Assembly (NCBI GenBank): GCA_965263355.1
Contig: CBDHHL010000032.1
Span: 224,001 to 288,000, forward strand
DNA length: 64,000 bases
Direction of reading: 5' to 3'
From: Leptolyngbyaceae cyanobacterium
GTDB taxonomy: Bacteria > Cyanobacteriota > Cyanobacteriia > Phormidesmidales > Phormidesmidaceae
Below are positions 20,855 to 31,427 of the stretch, one piece after another; positions within the stretch are counted from its first letter, which is position 1; each line of letters starts with the position of its first letter. The position numbers were made by a program, and so were the translations under genes. Below the pieces are notes generated by a model. That model worked only from the letters and a program-made list of their open reading frames with translations, had not been told where the DNA came from and ran no database searches.

Positions 20855-22252
20855 ATGGACGATTTTTACCACACGCTACCGCCAGATAGTTTAGCTCAAG
20901 TATTTCCCTTTCATTTTGTGCTGGATCAATCCCTGCACGTCGTTCAGGTTGGGAGCGTACTTCAAAGACTCCTTAATATATCTCCGGTAGGAACTCCTAT
21001 CGACAATTATTTCACCCTTATTCGACCTAAAATTAGTTGGAACTTAGACAAAATTCTGAGTAAGCAAAAGTCCTTATTTGTTCTATCCGCCACAGCTTCT
21101 GCAATTAACTTAAAAGGACAAATGCTATGGGTAGAATCAGAGCAGGTGTTATTTTTTCTTGGCTCTGCCTGGGGATATAAGGCCGACGACTTAAAAGCTT
21201 TGGGACTTAAACTACAGGACTTTGCGCTCCACGATACTACGACGGATTTTTTGATTTTGCAGCGTACCAGCCAGATGGCCTTAGAGGATGCCCAAGCCCT
21301 CACCCAGCAAGTCCAGGTGCAAAAGGACCAGGTTGAGAGATTACTGAAACAGCAGGAAAAATTGACTCAAGAAGCCCATGAACGGGCTCAAACCTTGGAA
21401 AAAACCCTGGATAATTTACGCCAAACTCAGCTGCATTTGGTCCAGGCCGAAAAGATGAGTGCCCTGGGTCAACTAATGGCGGGAATTGCCCATGAGATCA
21501 ATAACCCGCTTGGATTTATTACTGGCAATCTAAACTTTCTCACCAACGATGTGGCTAGCTTACTTAACTTTGCATTGCTATATCAACAATATAATGTTGC
21601 CCCGTCACCGGAATTAGACGCAGCATTTTCTGACTTAGAATTAGATTTTTTAGCGACAGATTTACCTAAACTCTTACGGTCCTTACAAACAGGTAGTGAT
21701 CGTATTACTGAAATTGTTAATGCGCTACGCAATTTTTCTCGCTTAGATGAGGCTCCGATCAAACAAGTCAATATCCACGAGGGTTTGGATAGCTCATTGC
21801 AACTTCTGCAGCACCGATTAAAGCAACAACCCGGTCGCGCAAAAATCGAAATTCATAAGTGCTATAGTCCATCTTTTCCTAAGATTGAATGCTTTGTAGG
21901 ACAGCTCAATCAGGTATTTATGAATATCATGGCGAATGCCATTGATGCCTTAGAGGCACATGCCAGTAAAACACCCATGGTGACAATTACGACCAGTCAG
22001 CCCAGGACTGATTGTGTGAGGATTGCGATCGCAGACAATGGTCCAGGCATCCCGGTAGAGATTCAAGCCAAAATTTTTGATCCATTTTTTACCACTAAAC
22101 CCATTGGCAAAGGTACCGGATTAGGCATGTCCATTAGCCGTCAAATTGTTATAGAGCAGCATGGTGGCAACCTATATTTCCAATCATCTGGCCAATCAGG
22201 GACTGAATTTTTTATTGAATTGCCTATTGCTCAATCCCATGGGAAAACATAG
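20855..22252 (+). CDS. HNOBA/PAS-domain sensor histidine kinase
   Basis: VFPFHFVLD...LKGQM...LFFLGS...DFALHD HNOBA signature; H-box AGIAHEINNP; N/G1/F/G2 boxes. Confidence 0.92.
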   Translation: MDDFYHTLPPDSLAQVFPFHFVLDQSLHVVQVGSVLQRLLNISPVGTPIDNYFTLIRPKISWNLDKILSKQKSLFVLSATASAINLKGQMLWVESEQVLFFLGSAWGYKADDLKALGLKLQDFALHDTTTDFLILQRTSQMALEDAQALTQQVQVQKDQVERLLKQQEKLTQEAHERAQTLEKTLDNLRQTQLHLVQAEKMSALGQLMAGIAHEINNPLGFITGNLNFLTNDVASLLNFALLYQQYNVAPSPELDAAFSDLELDFLATDLPKLLRSLQTGSDRITEIVNALRNFSRLDEAPIKQVNIHEGLDSSLQLLQHRLKQQPGRAKIEIHKCYSPSFPKIECFVGQLNQVFMNIMANAIDALEAHASKTPMVTITTSQPRTDCVRIAIADNGPGIPVEIQAKIFDPFFTTKPIGKGTGLGMSISRQIVIEQHGGNLYFQSSGQSGTEFFIELPIAQSHGKT

Positions 22253-22285
22253 TAGATGAGCGAGGTTTAATTCGGAGGCACCCTT

Positions 22286-22468
22286 ATGGAAAATCGTATG
22301 CTGCTGGCAAGCTGGCTGTTTATTCTTGGCTCTGGCCTATTTGTGGCAGATGCTGTTTTTGAGATAGCCACTAATTTTTCGCCTGTGGCCCTAGTGCATC
22401 TAACAGAGGGTGTTTCATTTTTTGTCGGTTCAATCTGTTTTATGCCATTTGATCAGACTGAGCCTTAG
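22286..22468 (+). CDS. Small two-helix membrane protein (YrhK-like)
   Basis: GGAGG RBS; two hydrophobic segments with LFILGS / FFVGS motifs. Confidence 0.55.
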   Translation: MENRMLLASWLFILGSGLFVADAVFEIATNFSPVALVHLTEGVSFFVGSICFMPFDQTEP

Positions 22469-22726
22469 GAAGGCATGCAGTATTTGCTTAAAAATTCAAG
22501 AAAAACCTGTACCTGTGGTAACCAATTACGATGATGGGTAAACACCGTCTGAGTGGTTATCCGATATCAATTTAAGCTGGGAAATCCTGACTGGGTAAAG
22601 CACAGATTAGGCTGAGACTAATCATTTTCAGCCCTTACTTCTACAGCTTCGATAGTCCCATTACAAATTATAGATATATTTGCCCCTCTGAATTTTTTAG
22701 AGTGGTTGTATTGAAACGCGTTTACC

Positions 22727-24142
22727 ATGACCTTCCCCATATCAATTCGTCAGCAATACTTGCGCTCCGAAGTGCAGGCGTTTTTCAAATTAGCGGTTCC
22801 CCTGATCAGTGCTCAGGTAGCTCAGTCAGCCACTGGGTTTGCCGACACCATTATGATGGGCCGTATGGGACCCGATATTTTGGCAGCTGGTGGGTTAGCG
22901 GCCATTACCTACATTGTGATCATGACCGCCTTTACAGGCATCGTTATGGGCGTAAGCCCATTGGTAGCTGAAGCATTTGGAGCAGGTCAGACATACCGAA
23001 TCCAGCAGGTGACTCGTCAGGGCTTATGGTTAGGCTTGTTAGTAGCTATACCTGCCATGGTATTCACTGGGCAGTTGGATGGATGGATGCTCCGTACCGG
23101 TCAAGATCCGGTAGTGGTAGAACTGACTGACACCTATTTGGATATTATCATCTGGAGCTTTTTGCCCATGGCTGGCTTTACGGCCCTGCGCTCTACGGTG
23201 TCTGCGCTTTCTCAAGGAAAACCAATTATGGTCACCATTGTGGTGGGTACCTTGTTTAACATTGCTGGTAATTATGTTTTAGGCTTTGGCAAGTTGGGGC
23301 TGCCAGCGATGGGATTATCCGGGTTGGCCTGGGCGACTATGCTTACCTGGTGGGGAATGTTTATTGCCTTGGCGTTATATGTGCGTCTGCATCCTGCTGT
23401 TCGAAACTATCACATTCTTCAAACGCTACAGGGGCCTCAGTTCAAAATTCTTCAGCAGCTCGCCTGGGTGGGTGTACCCATTGGTGTTTTTTCTGGGCTA
23501 GAATCAGGCTTTTTTATGACCATTATGTTATTGATGGGGCGGTTGGGAACGGATGCCTTAGCGGCCCATCAGGTAGTGCTACAAACCATTGTGGTGTTAT
23601 TTATGATCCCACTGGGAATATCATTTGCCACCACAGTACGTGTGGGTCAATGGTTTGGCAAACAGGATTTAGCTGGGATGCAACAGGCTACCTGGGTCAG
23701 TATGGCACTGACGACGGTCTCGATGACGGTTGGGTCACTGGCGTTTTTGTTATTTCCTAAACAGCTTATTGGTATCTATCTGGATGTAAATAACCCTGAA
23801 AATGCCAACATCGTGGCCCTGGCGATGCCACTAATGACCCTTGCGGCGATCACGATGGTCTTAGATGGTTTGCAAAAAGCTATATACGGTGCTCTACAAG
23901 GAGTGCAAGATACCCAAGTACCCATGGTGCTAAATGTGCTGGGCTTTTGGGGGGTGGGGCTATCGGTCGGCTATGGTCTAGGGTTTACTCTGGATATGGG
24001 AAGTCGGGGGTTATGGATTGGGCAGTCGGCTGCTATTGCTGCAGTAGCTTTACTATTTGGGTTGCGCTTACGCCAGTATTTTACGGGCTTAAAAATGGCT
24101 AATCCTACTAATTTCCCTGAAGGGGTACCGACAGCTGAGTAA
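22727..24142 (+). CDS. MATE-family efflux transporter (NorM-like)
   Basis: DTIMMGRMG, LAAHQ, RVGQWFG and GLWIG motifs; about 12 TM segments. Confidence 0.93.
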   Translation: MTFPISIRQQYLRSEVQAFFKLAVPLISAQVAQSATGFADTIMMGRMGPDILAAGGLAAITYIVIMTAFTGIVMGVSPLVAEAFGAGQTYRIQQVTRQGLWLGLLVAIPAMVFTGQLDGWMLRTGQDPVVVELTDTYLDIIIWSFLPMAGFTALRSTVSALSQGKPIMVTIVVGTLFNIAGNYVLGFGKLGLPAMGLSGLAWATMLTWWGMFIALALYVRLHPAVRNYHILQTLQGPQFKILQQLAWVGVPIGVFSGLESGFFMTIMLLMGRLGTDALAAHQVVLQTIVVLFMIPLGISFATTVRVGQWFGKQDLAGMQQATWVSMALTTVSMTVGSLAFLLFPKQLIGIYLDVNNPENANIVALAMPLMTLAAITMVLDGLQKAIYGALQGVQDTQVPMVLNVLGFWGVGLSVGYGLGFTLDMGSRGLWIGQSAAIAAVALLFGLRLRQYFTGLKMANPTNFPEGVPTAE

Positions 24143-24800
24143 TTCACCGAGCCATGGCAATTCTGTCTGCGCATGGAGAACCTGCCGAGCACGTGGCGTG
24201 ATGTGGCTACCTGAGTAAAATGGCAGTGACAAATGACAGTCATGCTTGATGTGCATTATCCAGGTGGGGTGAGTCAGGCGATGGTGGAGCGTTCTTCTAG
24301 TCTCACCTGAGAACTCATCTATTTGGGGCCATTAACACTATTCCTATACTTCTCTAACAATTCGAATACCTTCCCAGGCTGGTAGCTTGTTTGCTTGTCG
24401 TAAGTGAAATATGGCAAACGCAATATAACAGACAGTCAGCAATAGTATTGAACTGTTGGATCAGGTTATTGTTATAGCAGTTATATTGCTCAGCTTTTTT
24501 ATTGTCTCGAGATATTTGTTTCTGAGATTCTAGACGTTGCTCAGATTCTTCGATCAAGAACTCAAAGATTACCCAAAAAATGCTTAAATAAGCACGAAGA
24601 AAGGCACGGTCACGGTCACGGACAAGATAACGAACAGAGGAGGTTGTCAAGGTCACGCACTACAGCTGCAGTTGGCTCTACAAATAAGTCCACGACTACA
24701 ACCATCATGGTCCCACCGCATACTAACCCTGGAAAATTAACCTAATTCGACACACTGCTGATATTCTATTTAACGTCTCAAACTTTATTATCAAGCAAAT

Positions 24801-25271
24801 ATGTCAGCGACGACTCGGATGCTTCTCTCCCATCATTGCACACTACCTGAGGGGCAAGTATCCACCCTTAGTCGTAATGATTTTGCCAATATTTTTATCA
24901 CCGGGTTAACGGCCCATAACGATATCCAGTGTAGCCTGATTGAAAACCCCCACTGGATCGTAGAAGTCCTTTTTGATGCCCAGCAAAACTCCCCCACAGA
25001 TGTTGCTGCTCTGTGCGCCAAGGCTTTGAGTGCAAAGCGTTCAGCAGAGCCCACCAAGAAGATTGACCGTTATACAGTAATGCTTTTGGGTGGCCTTAAA
25101 ACAACGCCTGTTATGGGTGCCTCTCCCACAGCCCTACAGCCCGGTGAATGGGGTGTAGATGTTGTAGAAAGCAGCTCACCCGAACAGTTTTTGGCAGAAC
25201 TTAACTGGGACGCAGTAACAGCAACTAAGTCCCCTGATCAAATTTTCAAAGTTACCCATATCGTTGAATAG
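24801..25271 (+). CDS. DUF2656-family protein
   Basis: RMLLSH...NPHWIVEV...LGGLKTTP...LQPGEWGVDVVE. Confidence 0.75.
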   Translation: MSATTRMLLSHHCTLPEGQVSTLSRNDFANIFITGLTAHNDIQCSLIENPHWIVEVLFDAQQNSPTDVAALCAKALSAKRSAEPTKKIDRYTVMLLGGLKTTPVMGASPTALQPGEWGVDVVESSSPEQFLAELNWDAVTATKSPDQIFKVTHIVE

Positions 25272-25305
25272 CAAAACGCAACGATATGGGTAATTAAAAC
25301 GATAA

Positions 25306-25861
25306 TCATCCTTGTCGAATCACTCGACAAGGATTCCCTACAGCCACCTTATTAGCCGGAATGCTTTTAGTGACAACACTGCCTGCACCAATACTGCTGT
25401 TGTCACCAATGGTCACACCAGGACAAATAATTGCACCACCACCAATCCATACATTGTTGCCAATGGTAATAGGGGCAGCCATTTCTATACCAGTCATTCG
25501 CACTGACGGGGCAGTAGGATTATGCCGTGTAAATTTGCACATTTGGAGCAATTAACACATCATCGCCAATGGTCACCCAGTTGCAATCGAGAATCGTGCA
25601 GTTGAAATTAATGTATAGATTTTTGCCAGCCCGAATGTGACAGCCATAGTCACAATAGAAAGGTGGATTAATTTCAAAACCGGGCTCAAGGTGCCCAAAA
25701 AGTGACTGAAGAATTTCCTGACGTTTCTTCAATTGATCAGGTGTCGCAATATTTAATGCGTGCAAGCAATGCTGTGTCTTACGTCGCATTGCTACCAGTT
25801 CTAAATCAGTTGACAAATAGGGTTCATTTGCCAACATTTTTTCCCGTTCCGTTTTACCCAT
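25306..25861 (-). pseudogene. maa: Sugar (maltose) O-acetyltransferase, frameshifted
   Basis: MGKTEREKMLA...PFYCDYG...VQIYTA then stop; continues in another frame as PITIGNNVWIGGGAIICPGVTIGDNS...GNPCRVIR. Frameshift near 25520. Confidence 0.85.
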
Positions 25862-26273
25862 AGTGCAACGGCCATTCGCCATTAGACAATAACACTGCCC
25901 CATCAGGAGGCTCAACCATCACATAGATCCAAGCCTCTGCTATGGATTGACCTGCTAAATCAAACACTATCGTCCGTTCGCGTATATATTCTTCTTCAAA
26001 ATCATCATCTCTATCAAAGCTTTTGTTTGGAGAGGCATTATAGCCTTCTAAATAATCAAGCCCTGCCATTGCTGCAGCCTGCAGGGTAAACAAATACCCC
26101 TTTACCCAACCCTCACCCCTGGTCATAACTGGATAGCCCAGGGCTGGCAAATCATAGAGTAGCCCTTGCACTTGGGCAGGCTGGGACTTTTGCAAATAAG
26201 GACCACAATACTGTTGATGGTAAATCCCACCAGGCTTGAGCGTGCCATAGACAAAAACGTCAATTGTCCCCAT
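25854..26273 (-). CDS. Gamma-glutamylcyclotransferase (AIG2-like)
   Basis: VFVYGTLKPG, GYP, LDYLEG, AWIY motifs. Confidence 0.9.
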   Translation of the reverse strand: MGTIDVFVYGTLKPGGIYHQQYCGPYLQKSQPAQVQGLLYDLPALGYPVMTRGEGWVKGYLFTLQAAAMAGLDYLEGYNASPNKSFDRDDDFEEEYIRERTIVFDLAGQSIAEAWIYVMVEPPDGAVLLSNGEWPLHYG

Positions 26274-26467
26274 AGGTTCTCTCCTAGAGAAACGTTCGCA
26301 CTGCTATACGCTTTTCTGCCAAGTATTGCATCAATTCCATAAAATATGGCCAAAAAGTATCAGCCAAATTTTTGAAAACTACTATAAACCCCTCATTACT
26401 TACCTAAATTTAGGCGCTTATAACAAGGGGCTTATTTCATTGATATGATTTTTTAGAGGGTACGCTT

Positions 26468-27148
26468 TTAATTAGACTGTACAGCTTTCTTAGACAGACT
26501 GTAGGTCCCTCCTCGTCCACGGTACCATTCATCATCCCGTGCGCCTGCAGAAAGAATATTCGAAATACGGCTACGTGCCTTCAGGTACTGAACCTTTGGC
26601 ATATTATCGTCAAAAATGGCCGACATCACATCGGAAATTTTGAAACTATCTTTGGGTTTAGTTTTTAACACATTCGTTACAACATCTGGTAAACGTTGCT
26701 GACGATAGTCATCCAGTACATACTGCTGCCAACGAGCGGCTCTACCATCAGCCTTTTTCACTGGGGCAGTGCTTTTCACAGTTTTTACTTTTGATGCCTT
26801 AGTCGCCTTAGCCTTACGAGCAGTAGTCTTCGATTTCGTTACTTTAGCAAGTTGAGCAGCTACGGTTTCTTCAGCGTCCTCAGCGTCAGCGTCGTCATCC
26901 TCAGCGTCAGCATAGTCATCCTCATCCTCAGCGTCGTCATCCTCAGCAAAGATAAGAGGGTCTGCAAGAATAGTAGCCACAGGCACAACGGCTTGACCAT
27001 TACTAGCCGATGCATCAAACATTGCAATTACTGTCTGCAAACCTTTACGCTGCTCCTGAATTGCAGCCAATTGTTGCATCAATGCAGTTTCTTGCTCAGA
27101 TAAAAGTGCCTCAGCTTCTACAAGCTGAGGAAGCACAGTTGTCGACAT
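26468..27148 (-). CDS. Hypothetical protein (coiled coil, acidic tract, Lys/Ala-rich tract, C-terminal helical domain)
   Basis: 226-aa ORF with strongly segmented composition. Confidence 0.75.
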   Translation of the reverse strand: MSTTVLPQLVEAEALLSEQETALMQQLAAIQEQRKGLQTVIAMFDASASNGQAVVPVATILADPLIFAEDDDAEDEDDYADAEDDDADAEDAEETVAAQLAKVTKSKTTARKAKATKASKVKTVKSTAPVKKADGRAARWQQYVLDDYRQQRLPDVVTNVLKTKPKDSFKISDVMSAIFDDNMPKVQYLKARSRISNILSAGARDDEWYRGRGGTYSLSKKAVQSN

Positions 27149-27370
27149 ATTTAGGTTTCCTCAAGTGATTTTAGGGTTTAAGAATTTGCTTGCCAAGTTG
27201 TGTGACTTTTGAGAGTTTCAAGCATACAGCAATCTTGGCATTTCAGAACACTTATTACTCAAATGGTGATAAGGTAAAGTTTCCCTAATCTTTCTTTTTC
27301 TCTACAAATGTTCACTCTTTAAACAGGACAAAATTAAACGATACTCTAATTACAGTCTGCTTTACAGGCA

Positions 27371-27524
27371 TTGGAACAGTATGAATATGCACAGTCCCAC
27401 TCAACGGTAGATGATTCATTCCCACACTATTTCAAAGATTATGGGTTTTGGAACAGTGTGAATATGCACAGTCCCACTCAACGGTAGATGATTCATTCCC
27501 ACACTATTTCAAAGATTATGGGTT
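27371..27524. repeat. 77-bp tandem duplication (intergenic)
   Basis: 27371-27447 and 27448-27524 differ at one position. Confidence 0.95.
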
Positions 27525-27749
27525 GATGAATATGGATAACTCGGTATCCATGGTTTCTGTATGATCTAGTGGACGAGGATTGGCAATGTCCGGCTTCGTT
27601 ACGGATTGACAATTAGCGCTGGTGCGATCGCTAAAGTTCATACTTCCCAGTAGCATACCAACCTTAAGACAATTTTCCTGGTTCGTACCAGATAGTCGAA
27701 TACCCTGGTGGGCGTTGCTATTGAGAGCATTGAAATCTCCTAAATTTAA

Positions 27750-29654
27750 TTAATCACGATAAAGTAGTGCTCCTTTAACCTGTTTCACCCTCTGCCAACG
27801 TGTTGAACCAGTCATCACCCACAATGAGTAATCATGGGAAAACGCAATCTCGGACCTTAGCAGAGCCTTTAGCTTACTATCAGGTTTATAGTCTGCACCC
27901 ATACCAGAAATGTAACGTCTAGCAATAAGCATCACGTAATAGGGATGTTCAGGAAAACGCTCCACAACTTTGCGGGCCAGATATACTGCCTTAATTTCTG
28001 GATGACCAGACAGGTGTTCTACCAATTGAGCAATCTCTAAAGCAGGTAAATCGTGGGGAGCAAATTGCACTGTGTCGTCAAACTTCATCCGCTCATCTTG
28101 AGCAATAAGCCAAACTTTTTCATGGTCCTGCCATCGTTGCTTATAGGTTTCAGCCAATGCCGGTTGGTTTTGCTCAAGATAAAAAGAATATAGTCGACGA
28201 CAGGCTGAAATCAGTAGGGACGGATCATGCTCTAATACGTAATGTAAATGGGAAACACCGTCATCAGTATTGTGTTGATCCATCAATAGAAAGCCAAGCC
28301 AATAGCGGGCAATTGTATGGTTAGGGGCATCTGCTACAATTGCCTTAAACATTGGCAGTGCTGCCTGTTTATCCTGTAATGACCAGAGAATTGAAGCCTG
28401 CTTAATTCTTTCTTCAATGGTGAGCAGGTGTTTTGCTTTAGCATTCAAACTATTAAGACGACTTAGTTGATTTTGGCTCAGGTCATAATTATCTTTCCAC
28501 TCATCAGCATTCTCTTTTTTCCATAACTGATTTAGCTGTTCTATAAGGTTATCTAACTGTTCACCCAATAAAGTGGTAGCCCGTTCTTTAGGCGGATTTA
28601 ATGATTGTGGAATTGTATAGTCTAAGGCCTCAAGACGATCGGCCAGACAAGGATGGGTGGATGAATTGTCAGTTTGATAGGCCAGACGCATCGCTAACCA
28701 CTTTTGGCTTTGTTTCGGTTTCACGCCCACCTGCAGCGTTTCTATCATTTGAGTCATAAAGTTTTCAGGCGGCTCTTTGAGATCCTTTGACCACCGTTCA
28801 AAATCGGGCCAGAACTGCTTATTTAGCATTACCCTGTTGACATTAAGCCAAATCAGCGCCTCTGCTTTATGGTGAGCCCCGACAATTTCAGCGGCCCGTC
28901 TATCAGCCTCATATTCTTGTGCTCGGGCATGCACAAAGGAATAAGCCCTGAAGAATGGGCCATACCACTTAAAGAATCGCTTAAATAGAACGTTACCTGC
29001 TCGAGAATTATTTTCGAAGCGTTCGGCTAATTCATACCAGACTCGGCGAATACGATAAATCCAGGCAGCGGTGCGACTGTCATCACCACATAAATGGGCA
29101 AACTCATGGGCTAAAACAGCCTGACACTGTTGAGGAGATAGTGCTTGCATAAGCGGTAGACCAATGATGAGATAGTTTGTTTGCCAACCCACAAAGCCAA
29201 ATCGGGGACGTTGCAAAATGGCAGCATTCATTTCATCGTTGAGGATAACTGTATTTAACTTTGGTGCTTTGAGCGTTGATGCCAGCTGATCGAGCATGGC
29301 AAACAACTGAGGCACCTGTTCTTTGGTTAGGGAAATACCTGTGGGGCGTTTAATTCTTACAAAGAACTGAGGTATCCAAAGAATAACAATAAATAAAATA
29401 ATAAAACTGAGGGCTGTTATTGTTTCTTCGTTCAGTACATAAACAAACAACTGCTGAATGATCAATAGGACAACCAATAGTAAGAGGGGAATCAGCAGGA
29501 TATAAGCATAGCCGAGGTAAGCCAGCAGCCTTAATCGTCGTCGATAATAGGCAGGGTTTTGGCGAGCCATGCCTTCAATTTTTTGGACAAAAGCATCAAA
29601 ACCCTCAGGTGTGGATAGGTTTAAGTTTTGAGTTTGAAGAATCTGCCATTGCAT
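27750..29654 (-). CDS. M48-family Zn metallopeptidase with C-terminal TPR-like region
   Basis: Two N-terminal TMs, MNAA, LAHEFAH, EYEAD, THPCLADRL. Confidence 0.9.
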   Translation of the reverse strand: MQWQILQTQNLNLSTPEGFDAFVQKIEGMARQNPAYYRRRLRLLAYLGYAYILLIPLLLLVVLLIIQQLFVYVLNEETITALSFIILFIVILWIPQFFVRIKRPTGISLTKEQVPQLFAMLDQLASTLKAPKLNTVILNDEMNAAILQRPRFGFVGWQTNYLIIGLPLMQALSPQQCQAVLAHEFAHLCGDDSRTAAWIYRIRRVWYELAERFENNSRAGNVLFKRFFKWYGPFFRAYSFVHARAQEYEADRRAAEIVGAHHKAEALIWLNVNRVMLNKQFWPDFERWSKDLKEPPENFMTQMIETLQVGVKPKQSQKWLAMRLAYQTDNSSTHPCLADRLEALDYTIPQSLNPPKERATTLLGEQLDNLIEQLNQLWKKENADEWKDNYDLSQNQLSRLNSLNAKAKHLLTIEERIKQASILWSLQDKQAALPMFKAIVADAPNHTIARYWLGFLLMDQHNTDDGVSHLHYVLEHDPSLLISACRRLYSFYLEQNQPALAETYKQRWQDHEKVWLIAQDERMKFDDTVQFAPHDLPALEIAQLVEHLSGHPEIKAVYLARKVVERFPEHPYYVMLIARRYISGMGADYKPDSKLKALLRSEIAFSHDYSLWVMTGSTRWQRVKQVKGALLYRD

Positions 29655-29896
29655 AGGGTAAAAAGACCTGGATATCCTGGGCCTACCATAACCTAGCCAT
29701 TAATGTAATGCCCAACTATCTCTATGGGGCTTTACCAGGGTAGATAAGAAAAATTTATATTAGTGCTGACAAAAAAATAACTGCCCCAACTAGCAAGAGA
29801 ATTCTTGATGCTGACAGCAGCCATGCAACAGGCAAAATCCTATTACCTAGAATCAGAAATATGTTTTGTGTAGGAAGCTAAATAATGCCTATGCCA

Positions 29897-31263
29897 TTAG
29901 AGCAAGAGCTGTTCTACCTGTTTTTCAAAAGTTTGAGCCTCTTCAGGATCTGGAATGCGTTGGCTCAATAATTGAATCAAAATCTGTGCATCGGTAACTT
30001 GATATAAGAGTTTTTCAACTATGAGTTTGGCCATTGGCCCCAGGTAATTCATAGTTAAATGCTCCAAAACCTTATGCTGTTGTTCAGAAATGATTATTTT
30101 TGTAGGGGACAAAATACCGTTATTATCTCCTTCCTCTTCGTTATCTATTCCAAGAGAAATACTGTTATTACCCGATTTCTCTTCGTTTTGATAAGTATGT
30201 AGTTGGGATAATATGTCTTCGGTTGCTAGCAATTATTGAGACTGAGATTCACGGATAGTTTTTTTAGCCTTACCAGCAAAATGGCTCGTCGAGAGTTTCT
30301 GATCGTTCCCGTACTCACTATTGTGTGCCTGTTGACCTAGATGACCTTTTGCGAATTTTAATAAAAACTCTTGAACCGTAAACTATAGTTGCTGATTTTC
30401 TATTGAGCGTTGAACAGTTTCTGGACTAAAGATATTTTCTCGATTAAAAGACTCAACTGCAACCCGAACATAGGCTGAGACAAACTTAAACCGATTAGCC
30501 GTCTCAATTGGCACAAATACTTTACTAAATAAAATTACCGCAAATAGCTCATTGGACGGTAACATACCACCAAAGCCTAAAACAGATTTCACTCGATATG
30601 GCACCACAAACTCTTTCTGGCCAGGAATATAAGGACTATTCAAGGCCGTTGGAATGTGAAATACGTTAAATGCCCTGTGGGGACTTTTTGTAATCAACGC
30701 TGGATTGGTCTCAATAACAGCTCTTACATCCAGGCCAAATTGCTGAATCAGCTGTAAGATCATTGGGGCTCGACGGACAAAATCCTCATCTATTAGTGGA
30801 ATAGCCTGATGCCCCTTTGACTGTTGCCGATCATTCCACTGGGGAGCATCTCCAGCTGTGGCTAATAAGGTCAAACATTTTGTCCCAGGCGCAATATACT
30901 GCCCCTGCACAATAGATTGAGCCTCTCCCTGTAGCCGTCGGTTCAAATCTCTATAGGGATGCGTCTTAAAGAATCGGACCAGGGTAGCTTCTCGTTCACT
31001 GGTGCGTAGTTCTTTAAAGTTGTTATAAATGTAGCTGACAATGTGATTCGCTGTATCTTCCATTGTTTGTGACCCATACTCCAGATTACGGAGGGCAACG
31101 GCGCAATGGGCAACATCAGCCTTTGTAAACTTGAGTTGTTATAAATGTAGCTGACAATGTGATTCGCTGTATCTTCCATTGTTTGTGACCCATACTCCAG
31201 ATTACGGAGGGCAACGGCGCAATGGGCAACATCAGCCTTTGTAAACATTTCAAGACTGTACAT
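29897..31263 (-). pseudogene. Disrupted signalling-associated gene (conserved cyanobacterial N-domain plus small helical C-domain)
   Basis: A 116-bp tandem duplication frameshifts the 5' end. ORFs 30383-31063 and 29897-30232 share one frame and are separated by 49 open codons flanked by TAG and TAA. Confidence 0.65.
31018..31246. repeat. Tandem duplication, 113-bp identical copies with 116-bp period
   Basis: 31018-31130 equals 31134-31246, with TTG at the junction. Confidence 0.95.
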
Positions 31264-31427
31264 TGTTCAGGTAACTAAATAATTTTTTTTAATATGTGCT
31301 GTTTGTACAGTGTTCTAACATGCGAGGGGGAAACCGGAGTTTTTTTAAGAAAGTCACAAATAGTATAGTGAACGTCTGTCACTAAGAATATTTATGGTTT
31401 ATAAATAGCCTGAAATATTTTTATATA

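Noticed and set aside
24354..24656. 100-aa minus-strand ORF
   Set aside because: Non-ATG start, no recognisable motif, AT-rich intergenic setting.
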